A DNA stretch of 53,962 bases, from the UHGV virus genome UHGV-0212970; one strand, given 5' to 3'. Below are positions 45,126-53,962 of this stretch, piece by piece. Origin of the DNA: a virus. The first letter of the stretch is position 1. Every line of letters starts with the position of its first letter. The notes beneath the pieces were generated by a model. It made no database searches. It was given only the letters and a program-made list of their open reading frames with translations, and was not told the origin of the DNA. The translations under genes were made by a program, and so were the position numbers.

Positions 45126-45202
45126 CCATTTTGTTAACTGCGCTTCCGTTTGAGTAAAATATACATATTGTATAAACCGCGATCAATCCATTTTGGTATG
45201 AT
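45126..45202 (+). promoter_or_regulatory. Two direct copies of the 12-nt element with -10-like boxes upstream of gene L
   Basis: CCATTTTGTTAA at 45126; TTGAGT-N15-TATAAA at 45150-45176; CCATTTTGGTATGAT at 45188. Confidence 0.3.
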
Positions 45203-45240
45203 TTAGCGTGACGCAGATCACAAAATCAGAAGGTGAGAAA

Positions 45241-45945
45241 ATGCGCAATATACCTACAGAGATGATTATTGATTCCGTGGACGCTGGTGTGGGCGCGGTG
45301 ATTGACTTGTTCGAACTGGACTTGTCGCCCATGGGTGGCGAGGTTATCCGCTTCCATTCCGGCGCGAATGGCTATTACGGCCCGGTTATCTGGAAGGGAT
45401 TAACTTACAACAGCTACCCGATCGAGGCTACTGGCTTCGAAATGAAAAACGAGGGCGTTTATTCGCGGCCTCAAATGGTTGTAGCCAATATCGGCGGGCT
45501 AATCACAGGGATGAATAACGACTTCAACGACCTAAGAGGCATGAAGGTTACGCGCCGCCAGGTGGAAGTAAAATACCTGGACGCCGTTAACTTCCCAAAC
45601 GGCAATCCAGATGCAGATCCATCTATTGAGGCTGTATCTTTTTACGTCGTGGAGGCCATGAGCGAGGAAACAGCGGATCAGGTGCAATATGAGCTGTCAA
45701 CGCCAATTGATGCTGATAAGGCCGTTATCCCTGGGCGCACCATCCTTGCTGACGTTTGCCAGTGGCAATACAGAGGCGACGGGTGTATGTACGCTGGCGG
45801 ACCAGTAGCAAACGATAAAGACGAGCCGACAAGCGATCCTAAAGCCGACAGATGCAGCCACCGTCTAAGCGGTTGTCGTTTGCGTTTCCCGCGTCCGAAT
45901 CCGTTACCGATTTCCTGTTTCCCTGGTTCCAGCAAGGTAGGTTAA
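45241..45945 (+). CDS. L: Minor tail protein L
   Basis: ORF track 45208..45945, ATG 45241; extended similarity to lambda gpL as I recall it (VANIGGLITGM, YLDAVNFPNGN, C-rich C-terminus). Confidence 0.8.
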   Translation: MRNIPTEMIIDSVDAGVGAVIDLFELDLSPMGGEVIRFHSGANGYYGPVIWKGLTYNSYPIEATGFEMKNEGVYSRPQMVVANIGGLITGMNNDFNDLRGMKVTRRQVEVKYLDAVNFPNGNPDADPSIEAVSFYVVEAMSEETADQVQYELSTPIDADKAVIPGRTILADVCQWQYRGDGCMYAGGPVANDKDEPTSDPKADRCSHRLSGCRLRFPRPNPLPISCFPGSSKVG

Positions 45946-45947
45946 TC

Positions 45948-46679
45948 ATGGTAATGGAAGACAAAATGTTGCGTTATGCCGCCGCGCATCCGTTTGAAGA
46001 AGTTTGCGGACTGGTAATAGATAACGAATATTTTTACCCGTGCGCTAACGTGTCTGAAACGCCCTACAACAGCTTCAAAATCTCGCCTGACGATTATATC
46101 AAAGCTGACGAATTAGGCGTTATAACCGCCGTTTTCCACTCCCACGTTGATGACATTCCGGTATTGTCAGCGCGGGATCGACAACAGCAGGTTATTTCCG
46201 GGCTACCGTGGCTTTTGTATTCAGGCGGCAGGATCAGGAAATTCCGTCCGGTGGCGCACCTGTTAGGACGTAAATTCGTACACGGAACGACAGACTGCTA
46301 CGCGCTTTTTCGCGACGCTTATCACCTTTGTGGTGTAGACCTGCCGGACTTCGAGCGCCTTGATGGCTGGTGGCTGCGCGGTGAAAACCTGTATTTGAAA
46401 AACCTGCCATTGAACGGGTTTTATCAGGTTGATGCGCAAAGCATACAGCCTGGTGATGTGATCATTCGCCAGCCATTCAAAGGCGCTGACCCGTGTCACG
46501 CAATGATTTACCTGGGTGATAACACGGTTTTGCATCATGACCATGCCGGATTATTAAGCCGCCGCGAGCAAATGCGGCCTGCTTATGTTCGACAAACGCA
46601 TTCAATATGGAGATCGGATAAATGCTCAAATTTAGATTTACGGGCAATCTTCGAAGATATTACGGCAAAGTGTGTTTGA
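45948..46679 (+). CDS. K: Tail assembly protein K (MPN/JAB plus NlpC/P60 domains)
   Basis: ORF track 45852..46679; FHSHVDD metal motif and Cys/His peptidase residues. Confidence 0.75.
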   Translation: MVMEDKMLRYAAAHPFEEVCGLVIDNEYFYPCANVSETPYNSFKISPDDYIKADELGVITAVFHSHVDDIPVLSARDRQQQVISGLPWLLYSGGRIRKFRPVAHLLGRKFVHGTTDCYALFRDAYHLCGVDLPDFERLDGWWLRGENLYLKNLPLNGFYQVDAQSIQPGDVIIRQPFKGADPCHAMIYLGDNTVLHHDHAGLLSRREQMRPAYVRQTHSIWRSDKCSNLDLRAIFEDITAKCV

Positions 46680-47152
46680 ACGTTGATACGCCAGCGCAAG
46701 GTCTTAGCTTATTGGTTGCGCAGAATCATGAGTTCAAAAAGGCGTTTTTAAGCACCCCATTGCGCTTGCGAATTGCCGGAAAAGATTATGACGAAAAGAC
46801 CGCTCCCGCAGCGGTTAACAGTAAATACCCGGAAGGGACTACCGTCATTGTTGCGCCAGTGGTGGAAGGCGGTATTGCAGGGATTGGCGTTGTAGGCTGG
46901 ATTTTGATCGGTGTTTCGGTTGTTAGCGTTGTGTTCTCGATCTTCATGTCTCGCAACATGAAGATAAAAACATCAGCAGAAAGCGCACAAGATAACACCA
47001 TATCTAACAACACATACACCAGCGTTGAAAACAAGGTTGGCCAGGGTAGACCAGTGCCGATCCTGTTGGGTGAAATGAAAATAGGTTCAAACGTCGGATC
47101 GTTAGGCATAGATACAAGTAACAACAGAGACGCCCTAGACGTTGTAAGTTAA
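46622..47152 (+). CDS. I: Tail assembly protein I
   Basis: 176 aa; hydrophobic central segment and synteny between K and J. Confidence 0.7.
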   Translation: MLKFRFTGNLRRYYGKVCLNVDTPAQGLSLLVAQNHEFKKAFLSTPLRLRIAGKDYDEKTAPAAVNSKYPEGTTVIVAPVVEGGIAGIGVVGWILIGVSVVSVVFSIFMSRNMKIKTSAESAQDNTISNNTYTSVENKVGQGRPVPILLGEMKIGSNVGSLGIDTSNNRDALDVVS

Positions 47153-47165
47153 CAGGAGAAAAGCC

Positions 47166-50100
47166 ATGAGTAGCGGCGGCGGCAAAACCAAAACACCAGT
47201 ATTATTAAACGATAACCTGTATCATAAACAGTTTTATCGTGTTTTAGATATTCTCAGCGAAGGGCCGATATACGGTCCGGTAAACCAGAAAGCGCCACTG
47301 AATGATGTGATGCTTAATGACACGCCTGTTACTGACGCAAACGGGAATACATCAATACCGGGGGTTAGTATAGCCTGGCGCAACGGCACGGCTGACCAAT
47401 CGCCGATTAATGGTTTTAATGCCATTGAGTCAACCGTTATTGTCAACGCAAAGGTAACTCACGACACGCCAATAATCAGGACTGTTTCAGATCCAAACGT
47501 TAACCGCGTAAGGCTGAATCTTGGCGTTGATTCTCTGGTTCAGTCAGATAATAAGGGTAACCAATATAACACATCCGTTATGTTGATGGTTGATGTTAAA
47601 CCATCATTATCTTCTACGTGGTCGCAAATTAAAATCATTACCATCGGTCCAGGCAAACAGAGTGGTGAGTATCTTGAATCTCATATCATAGATGCGCCTA
47701 ATGAAAAACCGTTTGATATTCGCGTGCGCCGCATAACAGCAGACAGCAACAGCGATCTATTGCAGAATGATACGCGGTGGAGTAGCTACAGCGAAATCAT
47801 AGACGACAATCTGTCTTATCCTCATACCGCTGTAGCTGGCGCGGTGATTGACCATGACCAGTACACTGATACGCCTACCCGCACCTATCATCTTCGCGGC
47901 TTGATTGTTGACGTGCCTGATAACTACAACACAGAAACGCGCACATATTCGGGATTATGGCTTGGTGGATTCAAAAAAGCGTACACCAACAACCCTGCGT
48001 GGATTTTCCGGTATCTGGTTAAAAACGAGCGCTTCGGGCTTGCTAAACATGCTGGTTACATTGATGTTGATGATGGCGCTTTGTATGTGCTTTCTCAATA
48101 CTGCGATCAGTTGGTTGATGATGGCTATGGTGGCCTTGAACCTCGCATGACGCTCAACGCCTACATTACGGAGCAAATGAGCGCACGCGACTTGCTGGAT
48201 AACATTGCAGGTATGTTCCGTGGTATCGCGTTATGGGACGGGCAGCGCCTTACGGTGATGATTGATGCACCGCAAGATCCAATTGCCACCATTACAAATG
48301 CAAACGTCGTTGATGGCGCGTTTACTCGTTCAAGTCTTCCGCTTGCAGAGTGTTACAATGCCGTGATCGTATCATGGACTGACCCGGAAAACGGCTGGGA
48401 GCAATCAAAAGAATACGTAGCAGATGATGAACTAATCGCCCGCGATGGTTATAACGAAACCACGTTGGAGGCGTTCGGGTGCACGTCACGCGGGCAAGCC
48501 CACCGCGCTGGGAAGTGGCTGATAGAAACAGCAAAACGCGAGCCGTCAAAATTCACATTTAAAATGGCCCGTGACGCGATTCACTTTACGCCAGGGGATA
48601 TTATCGAGATCCTCGACAATAACCGCGCAGGTGCGCGTTTAGGCGGTCGTATCGTGGCGAATAATGGGAACGTGATAACAGTTGATAAGGTTGACAGCGA
48701 GTACATCACGGCAGGCGACACTATCAGCCTGCTTGATAGCGATGGCAAATTTAAAAAACATCAGATCACTGGTATCAACGGGAACAAAATCACACTGGCT
48801 GCGGCCCCTGCATGGATTAGAAACGGTACTGTTTTTGCTGTATCAACCGAAGCAGCAAAACCCGTTTTATGCAGAATCACCAGTGTAGCCGAAACCGAAA
48901 ATAATAGCGTGTATACCATCGAAGCCGCGCAACATGACCCTAACAAACAAGCAGTAGTCGATGAAGGCGCGGTATTTGAAATCAACAACGACACGCTTAA
49001 TCACTTCCGTGTACCGAATATTGAAAATCTGAAAGTGGTAAACATCGGATCTGAAACGGTTCAATGCCGCGCAACATGGGAAACGCAGACAACTACGCAT
49101 CGCATGACATTTGAGATCCGCATATATAACACGGATGGTGCGGTGGTAAAAAGCTACGAAACCAATAAATATAGTTATGATTTTTACGGTATTGATGCCG
49201 GATCGTACTCGTTAGGAGTTCGAGGAAGAAATGATACTGGCATGAAGGGTGCCGAAAGTATCGTTGACCTTGTTATCGGTGCGCCAGCAGCACCGATCGG
49301 CGTTAATTGGGTTCCCGGTGTATTCCAGGCGACAGTTTACCCTATTAGCAAAACCACACTTACTACCGATACGTCATACGAATTCTACTATGCAGGGGAA
49401 AACCAGATCACAGATCCGGCAAAAATAACCACGTCGGCACAGTTTACCGGGCGCGGGTATCAGTGGACGTTCGGCGGCATGAATACGGGCCATACTTATT
49501 ACGTTTATGTGCGCACTCGTAATGCTTTTGGTGTGTCTGATTTCGTCGAGGTATCAGGTAAGCCAACAGAGGATTTTGACGAAATCACTGATTACGTTAC
49601 AAAGGATGTAATGAAATCAGAGCAATTCAAGGAGATGATTAGCGACATTAAAGATCTTGGTGATCGCACTGATATTGTAGAAGGAGCTACCGAAGACCTT
49701 AAAATAGCTACAAGGGATCTTAAAGCTGACACAGATACACTTAAAAAAGACACCGAAGACCTTTATAAAAAAGTCGAAGAAAACGCCGATGAAATAGGCA
49801 AACATGAGGTAAGAATAGACTCATTAGAGGTATCAAACGAAAACGTTAACAATGAACTGGCACAGACAAAAGCAAGTTTACAAAACGCCTCGCTTGCTCT
49901 AATCAATAACTCGCTTGCTCAAACTAACACGCGGGTTACTCTTACCGCTCAATATAAGAAAGGTCGCAACGAAACAAAAGCGCAGATTGACCGCATTGAC
50001 AACGTTATCGCAGAGGAGAAAAAAGCGACAGCGGAATCACTGGAAACCATCACAGCCGAAATAAGCACGATGGACTCAAACATCAAAGGAGAAATAGCAC

Positions 50101-51620
50101 GCGTAGACAAAGCAATAGCAACCGAAACGCAGGCGAGAACGGAGGCTATAAGCAACGTTAACGCCAGTATCAGCAGCCTGGAAAATAAAACTGATGCTAG
50201 CGTTTCTCGTCTCGATCAAGCTATCGCTGATGAGTCAAGCGCCCGCGCTCAGGCAATATCAGGAATTAGTGCGGAGCTTGGTCTTGTTGAAAATGAGGTT
50301 GATAAAAACAGCGACGAAATAGATCAGGCGAAAGCAAGTCTGCAAAACGCCTCGATTGCACTTATCAACAACTCAATAGCGCAAAGCAAGATGAGCACCG
50401 TTATTGAGGCGAAGTACAGGAAAGGCCAGACAAAAACAAAAGCGGAAATAGCAAGGATCGACACAGCAATAGCAGACGAAACCCAGGCCCGCGCGGAGGC
50501 TATAGCATCGCTTGAGGCAAATATTAATGAAAACATTTCAGCAAAAATAACGGATGTTTCAACGGCACTCGCAACTCACGAGGCATCAAGCGCTGAAAAA
50601 TTTGTCCAGATCTCGGCGTCTTTCGATGATGTAAACTCAAGCATCACGGAATGGTCACAGTCTATGGCAACGGCAGACGAGGCATTATCAACCAGAATCG
50701 ACCAGTTGAAAGTAACTATTGACGGAAACACAACAGCCATAGAGACAACATCGAAAGCGTTAACGGACTTTAAGGGGGATGTCGATGCATCATACTCTAT
50801 TAAGATCGCGACAGACAGCCGGGGCGTAAAATACGCTACTGGTATGTCACTTGGCCTTACTGGTAGCGGAACTAACGTGCAATCGCAGTGTATTTTCCTC
50901 GTTGACCGCTTCGTGTTAATGACTGCGGCAAACGGTTCATATCAGACCCCGTTCTATGTTACTAACGGCGCTTGCTACATTCGTGAAGCGTGGATCAAAG
51001 ACGCATCCATCACTACCGCGAAGATCGCGCAGCAAATCCAGTCAACCAACTATGCATCTGGTTCGGCTGGCTGGATGCTAAACAAAAACGGTAACGCGGA
51101 GTTCAATAACGTCACTGTTCGGGGTACGGTATACGCCACAAACGGTAAATTTACTGGTGAGATTCAGGCCACAAGCGGGACGTTTAAAGGGACTGTACAG
51201 GCTAACAAATTTGTCGGTGATATTGTGGCTATTCACACTTTCCCTGATTCCAGCACTGTCTATAACTCAAACCAGCGTGTAGCGCGTTTCTGTTATCGCT
51301 ATGTGGACTCAACATCCGATGGGACTTATAAAAACGTTATGTTCCAGGCAAGGTTATCAGGGGCTACCGGCAACTCACAGATCAATACCTGGATAGCAGG
51401 TACTCAGGTATTGGTCGGTAAGAAATACGGTAACGAAAACTCAAACGGCATGTTCTGTTTCGGTAGGGATGGTGTAACAAATCAGACGGTCGATGTTATT
51501 ATCGAGATCCACACTCCGTGGTCAACAGGTAACATCACCGGGATTACGTTAAGTTGCCCGACTATGTTTATCGGTCGCAGTAACGGCACATGGTCGAAAT
51601 GGGAAGAATCACACGACTAA
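47166..51620 (+). CDS. J: Host specificity protein J (central tail fibre / tip attachment)
   Basis: 1484 aa; N-terminal region and C-terminal region similar to lambda gpJ as I recall it. Confidence 0.9.
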   Translation: MSSGGGKTKTPVLLNDNLYHKQFYRVLDILSEGPIYGPVNQKAPLNDVMLNDTPVTDANGNTSIPGVSIAWRNGTADQSPINGFNAIESTVIVNAKVTHDTPIIRTVSDPNVNRVRLNLGVDSLVQSDNKGNQYNTSVMLMVDVKPSLSSTWSQIKIITIGPGKQSGEYLESHIIDAPNEKPFDIRVRRITADSNSDLLQNDTRWSSYSEIIDDNLSYPHTAVAGAVIDHDQYTDTPTRTYHLRGLIVDVPDNYNTETRTYSGLWLGGFKKAYTNNPAWIFRYLVKNERFGLAKHAGYIDVDDGALYVLSQYCDQLVDDGYGGLEPRMTLNAYITEQMSARDLLDNIAGMFRGIALWDGQRLTVMIDAPQDPIATITNANVVDGAFTRSSLPLAECYNAVIVSWTDPENGWEQSKEYVADDELIARDGYNETTLEAFGCTSRGQAHRAGKWLIETAKREPSKFTFKMARDAIHFTPGDIIEILDNNRAGARLGGRIVANNGNVITVDKVDSEYITAGDTISLLDSDGKFKKHQITGINGNKITLAAAPAWIRNGTVFAVSTEAAKPVLCRITSVAETENNSVYTIEAAQHDPNKQAVVDEGAVFEINNDTLNHFRVPNIENLKVVNIGSETVQCRATWETQTTTHRMTFEIRIYNTDGAVVKSYETNKYSYDFYGIDAGSYSLGVRGRNDTGMKGAESIVDLVIGAPAAPIGVNWVPGVFQATVYPISKTTLTTDTSYEFYYAGENQITDPAKITTSAQFTGRGYQWTFGGMNTGHTYYVYVRTRNAFGVSDFVEVSGKPTEDFDEITDYVTKDVMKSEQFKEMISDIKDLGDRTDIVEGATEDLKIATRDLKADTDTLKKDTEDLYKKVEENADEIGKHEVRIDSLEVSNENVNNELAQTKASLQNASLALINNSLAQTNTRVTLTAQYKKGRNETKAQIDRIDNVIAEEKKATAESLETITAEISTMDSNIKGEIARVDKAIATETQARTEAISNVNASISSLENKTDASVSRLDQAIADESSARAQAISGISAELGLVENEVDKNSDEIDQAKASLQNASIALINNSIAQSKMSTVIEAKYRKGQTKTKAEIARIDTAIADETQARAEAIASLEANINENISAKITDVSTALATHEASSAEKFVQISASFDDVNSSITEWSQSMATADEALSTRIDQLKVTIDGNTTAIETTSKALTDFKGDVDASYSIKIATDSRGVKYATGMSLGLTGSGTNVQSQCIFLVDRFVLMTAANGSYQTPFYVTNGACYIREAWIKDASITTAKIAQQIQSTNYASGSAGWMLNKNGNAEFNNVTVRGTVYATNGKFTGEIQATSGTFKGTVQANKFVGDIVAIHTFPDSSTVYNSNQRVARFCYRYVDSTSDGTYKNVMFQARLSGATGNSQINTWIAGTQVLVGKKYGNENSNGMFCFGRDGVTNQTVDVIIEIHTPWSTGNITGITLSCPTMFIGRSNGTWSKWEESHD
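49872..50520 (+). repeat. Diverged tandem duplication inside gene J (coiled-coil segment)
   Basis: Units at about 49872-50075 and 50333-50520 encode KASLQNAS(L/I)ALINNS(L/I)AQ ... (Y/K)KKG ... TKA(Q/E)I(D/A)RID. Confidence 0.6.
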
Positions 51621-51626
51621 CACCAA

Positions 51627-51648
51627 CCCCGCTACGGCGGGGTTTTTA
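51627..51648 (+). terminator. Rho-independent terminator after gene J
   Basis: CCCCGC-TACG-GCGGGG followed by TTTTT. Confidence 0.8.
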
Positions 51649-51731
51649 ATACATATCGTAAACACAAGTTCGTCCGCGCAATGACAAGACGTTAAAATAG
51701 TATGGTTAATTAACATAATGGAGTCATTGCG

Positions 51732-53528
51732 ATGATTTACACAACAGGCACGATAGCCGTTAGCGGAAAAACAGTTACCGGAACGGGGACTGAATTCAAC
51801 GCCGCATTATCTCTGATCAGAGTGGGTTGCACTCTTATTGCTATTAGCGATCCTGTGCAGATTTTTTCAATCACAGAGGTAAAAAGCGCAACAAGTTTGT
51901 CGGTAACTCCGGCGGCAAGTCCGGCTATTCCGGCTGGAACTAAATTTAGCATCCTGCTTTCAGATTCGATCTCTGTGGATGGTCTTGCTCAGGATGTTGC
52001 CGAAACACTGCGTTACTATCAGGGCAAGGAATCAGAAATAGCTGACGCCGTCGAATTTTTCAGCGACAACAAAGATGTGATTTCAGCCTCAAAATTAGCG
52101 TCACAATCAGCTACCACTGCAACTAACGCAGCAAAAACAGCGACAACCGCAGCTGATTCAGCAAAGAAATACAGAGATGAGGCACACGAATACGCCAATC
52201 AGACTGCGCAGCCTTACGCATATGTTTTGCAGCCACTGCCGGACGTATGGATACCGTTTAATGATTCACTTGATATGATCACTGGATACGGCCCTGGCAC
52301 TAAAAAAGTAACCATTGATGAGGAAGAAAAAACAATACCATCAGATAAGGTTGTTTCTTTCTCACGCGCAAGCACGGCTACTTACATTAATAAATCAGGT
52401 GTTTTAACTGTGGCTGGTATTAATGAGCCACGTTTTGAACGCGAAGGATTGCTGATTGAGGGGACGCGTACAAACCTGTTAATAAACAGTATAGACCCTT
52501 CAAAGTGGAACAAATCATCAAATATGATTTTAAATACATCAGGAGTGGATAATTTTGGCTTCACTTACGGAAAATTCACATTAAAAGAAACAATGGTAGG
52601 GCAAACTTCAGCGATTAACATAGTAACCGTTAGTGGCAATAAAGGTTTTGATGTAACAGGCGGTGAAAAGTATGTAACAGCATCATGCAGGGTACAAAGT
52701 GGCACTCCAAACATAAGATGCTGCTTGAGATTTGAGGAATATGGTGAATCTGGCTACACTTTTCTTGGTGACGCATACGTGAATTTGACAGATTTATCTA
52801 TTAGTAAGACAGGCGTTGCATCAGATCGTATTACTGCAAAAGCTGTTAAAGATGAAGCAAGTGAATGGATCTTCTTTGAAGCAACAATTAAGGCACTTGA
52901 TACAGAAAATATGATCGGTGCAATGGTGCAATATGCTCCACCTGTGGGTGGAAGCACTGGTGTTGACGATTATATATATGTTTCAACCCCTCAAGTAGAA
53001 GGTGGCGCGTGTGCTTCTTCGTTTATTATCACTGCGGAAACAGCAACAACGCGCGCAAGTGACATGGTATCGGTCACGATGAAAAATAACCTTTATGGTG
53101 CACCATTTACTATTCTTTGCGAGGCGCATAAAAATTGGTATAAAACGCCAAATGCAGCAACGCGTGTTTTTGACACAGGAGGTCATCAGAGTGGCGCGGC
53201 TATGATCCTTGCTTTTGGGTCGTCGAAAGAATACGACGGATTTCCTTATTGCGATATTGGTGAGTCAAACAGGCGCGTTAACGAAAACGCATCACTACAA
53301 AAAATGATTATCGGTATGAGGGTTAAAAGCACCTATGATACATGTTGTGTCAGTAATGGACGCATATCAAGCGAAGCAAAAACAACATGGAGATATATAT
53401 CTAACGCAGCAATATTCCGTTTCGGCGGTCAAACAACAGCAGGGGAGCGACATCTTTTTGGACATATTAGAAATTTCAGGGTATGGCACAAAGCATTAAC
53501 CGATGCGCAAATGAGCGAGATTGTTTAA
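51732..53528 (+). CDS. Tail fibre protein
   Basis: 598 aa; N-terminus typical of side tail fibres; AT-rich C-terminal half. Confidence 0.7.
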   Translation: MIYTTGTIAVSGKTVTGTGTEFNAALSLIRVGCTLIAISDPVQIFSITEVKSATSLSVTPAASPAIPAGTKFSILLSDSISVDGLAQDVAETLRYYQGKESEIADAVEFFSDNKDVISASKLASQSATTATNAAKTATTAADSAKKYRDEAHEYANQTAQPYAYVLQPLPDVWIPFNDSLDMITGYGPGTKKVTIDEEEKTIPSDKVVSFSRASTATYINKSGVLTVAGINEPRFEREGLLIEGTRTNLLINSIDPSKWNKSSNMILNTSGVDNFGFTYGKFTLKETMVGQTSAINIVTVSGNKGFDVTGGEKYVTASCRVQSGTPNIRCCLRFEEYGESGYTFLGDAYVNLTDLSISKTGVASDRITAKAVKDEASEWIFFEATIKALDTENMIGAMVQYAPPVGGSTGVDDYIYVSTPQVEGGACASSFIITAETATTRASDMVSVTMKNNLYGAPFTILCEAHKNWYKTPNAATRVFDTGGHQSGAAMILAFGSSKEYDGFPYCDIGESNRRVNENASLQKMIIGMRVKSTYDTCCVSNGRISSEAKTTWRYISNAAIFRFGGQTTAGERHLFGHIRNFRVWHKALTDAQMSEIV

Positions 53529-53538
53529 GGTGGTGAAT

Positions 53539-53805
53539 ATGAAAGATGTTAGCTTGCAATTTACTGATAAACAGCAATACAACGACATTGTGATTAATAG
53601 CGGATGGCTGGATGCCAACTGGTCTACCGTATTTGTCGATGATATAGGTTTTGTTCTTGTATTCGATGATCCAGAAAGCGAGACGCCTGTACTGATTGAG
53701 AAAAAATGCTATTATGTCAACATGCGCATAACTGGTGACGATGTTGATTTGTCGCCGCTGGAAAAATTCATCGTTCCAGATCCAGGCGTCCGCGTGTGGG
53801 CTTGA
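53539..53805 (+). CDS. Hypothetical protein (possible tail fibre assembly/accessory)
   Basis: ORF track 53521..53805; ATG 53539 after SD AAGGTGGTG; last gene before terminator. Confidence 0.35.
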   Translation: MKDVSLQFTDKQQYNDIVINSGWLDANWSTVFVDDIGFVLVFDDPESETPVLIEKKCYYVNMRITGDDVDLSPLEKFIVPDPGVRVWA

Positions 53806-53849
53806 TGGTGCGATAGTAACAGCATGGTGATGTTGAAGACATCGCCGCG

Positions 53850-53878
53850 AAACGAGGCTAACGCCTCGTTTCTTTTTG
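53850..53878 (+). terminator. Rho-independent terminator at end of late operon
   Basis: AAACGAGGC-TAAC-GCCTCGTTT followed by CTTTTTG. Confidence 0.75.
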
Positions 53879-53962
53879 TGTACCAAATTGTGACCAAATA
53901 TCAAAAATCAAAAACAAAAATAATGTAATGTGCTGTTTTATAAATGATTATTCGTTGCGCTA

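Noticed and set aside
1-53962. tRNA, rRNA, CRISPR or IS element
   Set aside because: No T-loop/acceptor-stem candidates, no rRNA-like blocks, no regularly spaced direct repeats and no transposase-like ORF were seen on manual scan; a tRNA search program would be needed to exclude tRNAs formally.

Overview
This 53,962-bp window is almost entirely a lambdoid (lambda/P22-like mosaic) temperate siphophage or prophage of an enterobacterial host. Left end: the 3' part of a tyrosine integrase (frame open to position 1, so truncated by the window) with a convergent AlpA/Xis-like gene. A leftward early operon (about 8200 to 840, minus strand) carries a Cro-like HTH gene, a DUF4373-type replisome organizer, a metallophosphoesterase, an HNH-AP2 endonuclease interrupted by an in-frame stop, a DnaB-family helicase and NinB. 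The immunity switch (7950-9400) has a CI-like XRE-HTH/S24-peptidase repressor, divergent promoters, boxA/boxB nut-like sites on both sides and an N-like antiterminator. The rightward operon (9400 to 53800, plus strand) carries an HNH endonuclease, Erf, SSB, about 25 small uncharacterised early ORFs, a methylation island (Dam-like MTase, putative dNTP-pyrophosphohydrolase-like protein, membrane protein, disrupted C5-MTase), NinG, RusA, a DnaJ-type zinc-finger protein, a pinholin/SAR-endolysin/Rz/Rz1 lysis cassette, an HExxH protein, an array of nine tiny transmembrane-peptide genes, TerS/TerL, portal, MuF-like protein, a third HNH endonuclease, scaffold, major capsid and a lambda-like tail module (major tail, tape measure, M, L, K, I, J, tail fibre). 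Three opposite-strand moron blocks interrupt the tail cluster. A conserved 12-nt element (CCATTTTGTATA and variants) recurs at least 14 times at operon and moron junctions, often as inverted or divergent pairs. No rRNA, tRNA, CRISPR array or transposase was recognised. All assignments rest on motif recognition and recalled family signatures, not on database searches. Coordinates not taken from the ORF track were read by eye and may be off by 1-2 nt; at one spot (17400-17460) my reading disagreed with the ORF track by one base, so single-base claims (in-frame stop versus frameshift) carry that uncertainty.
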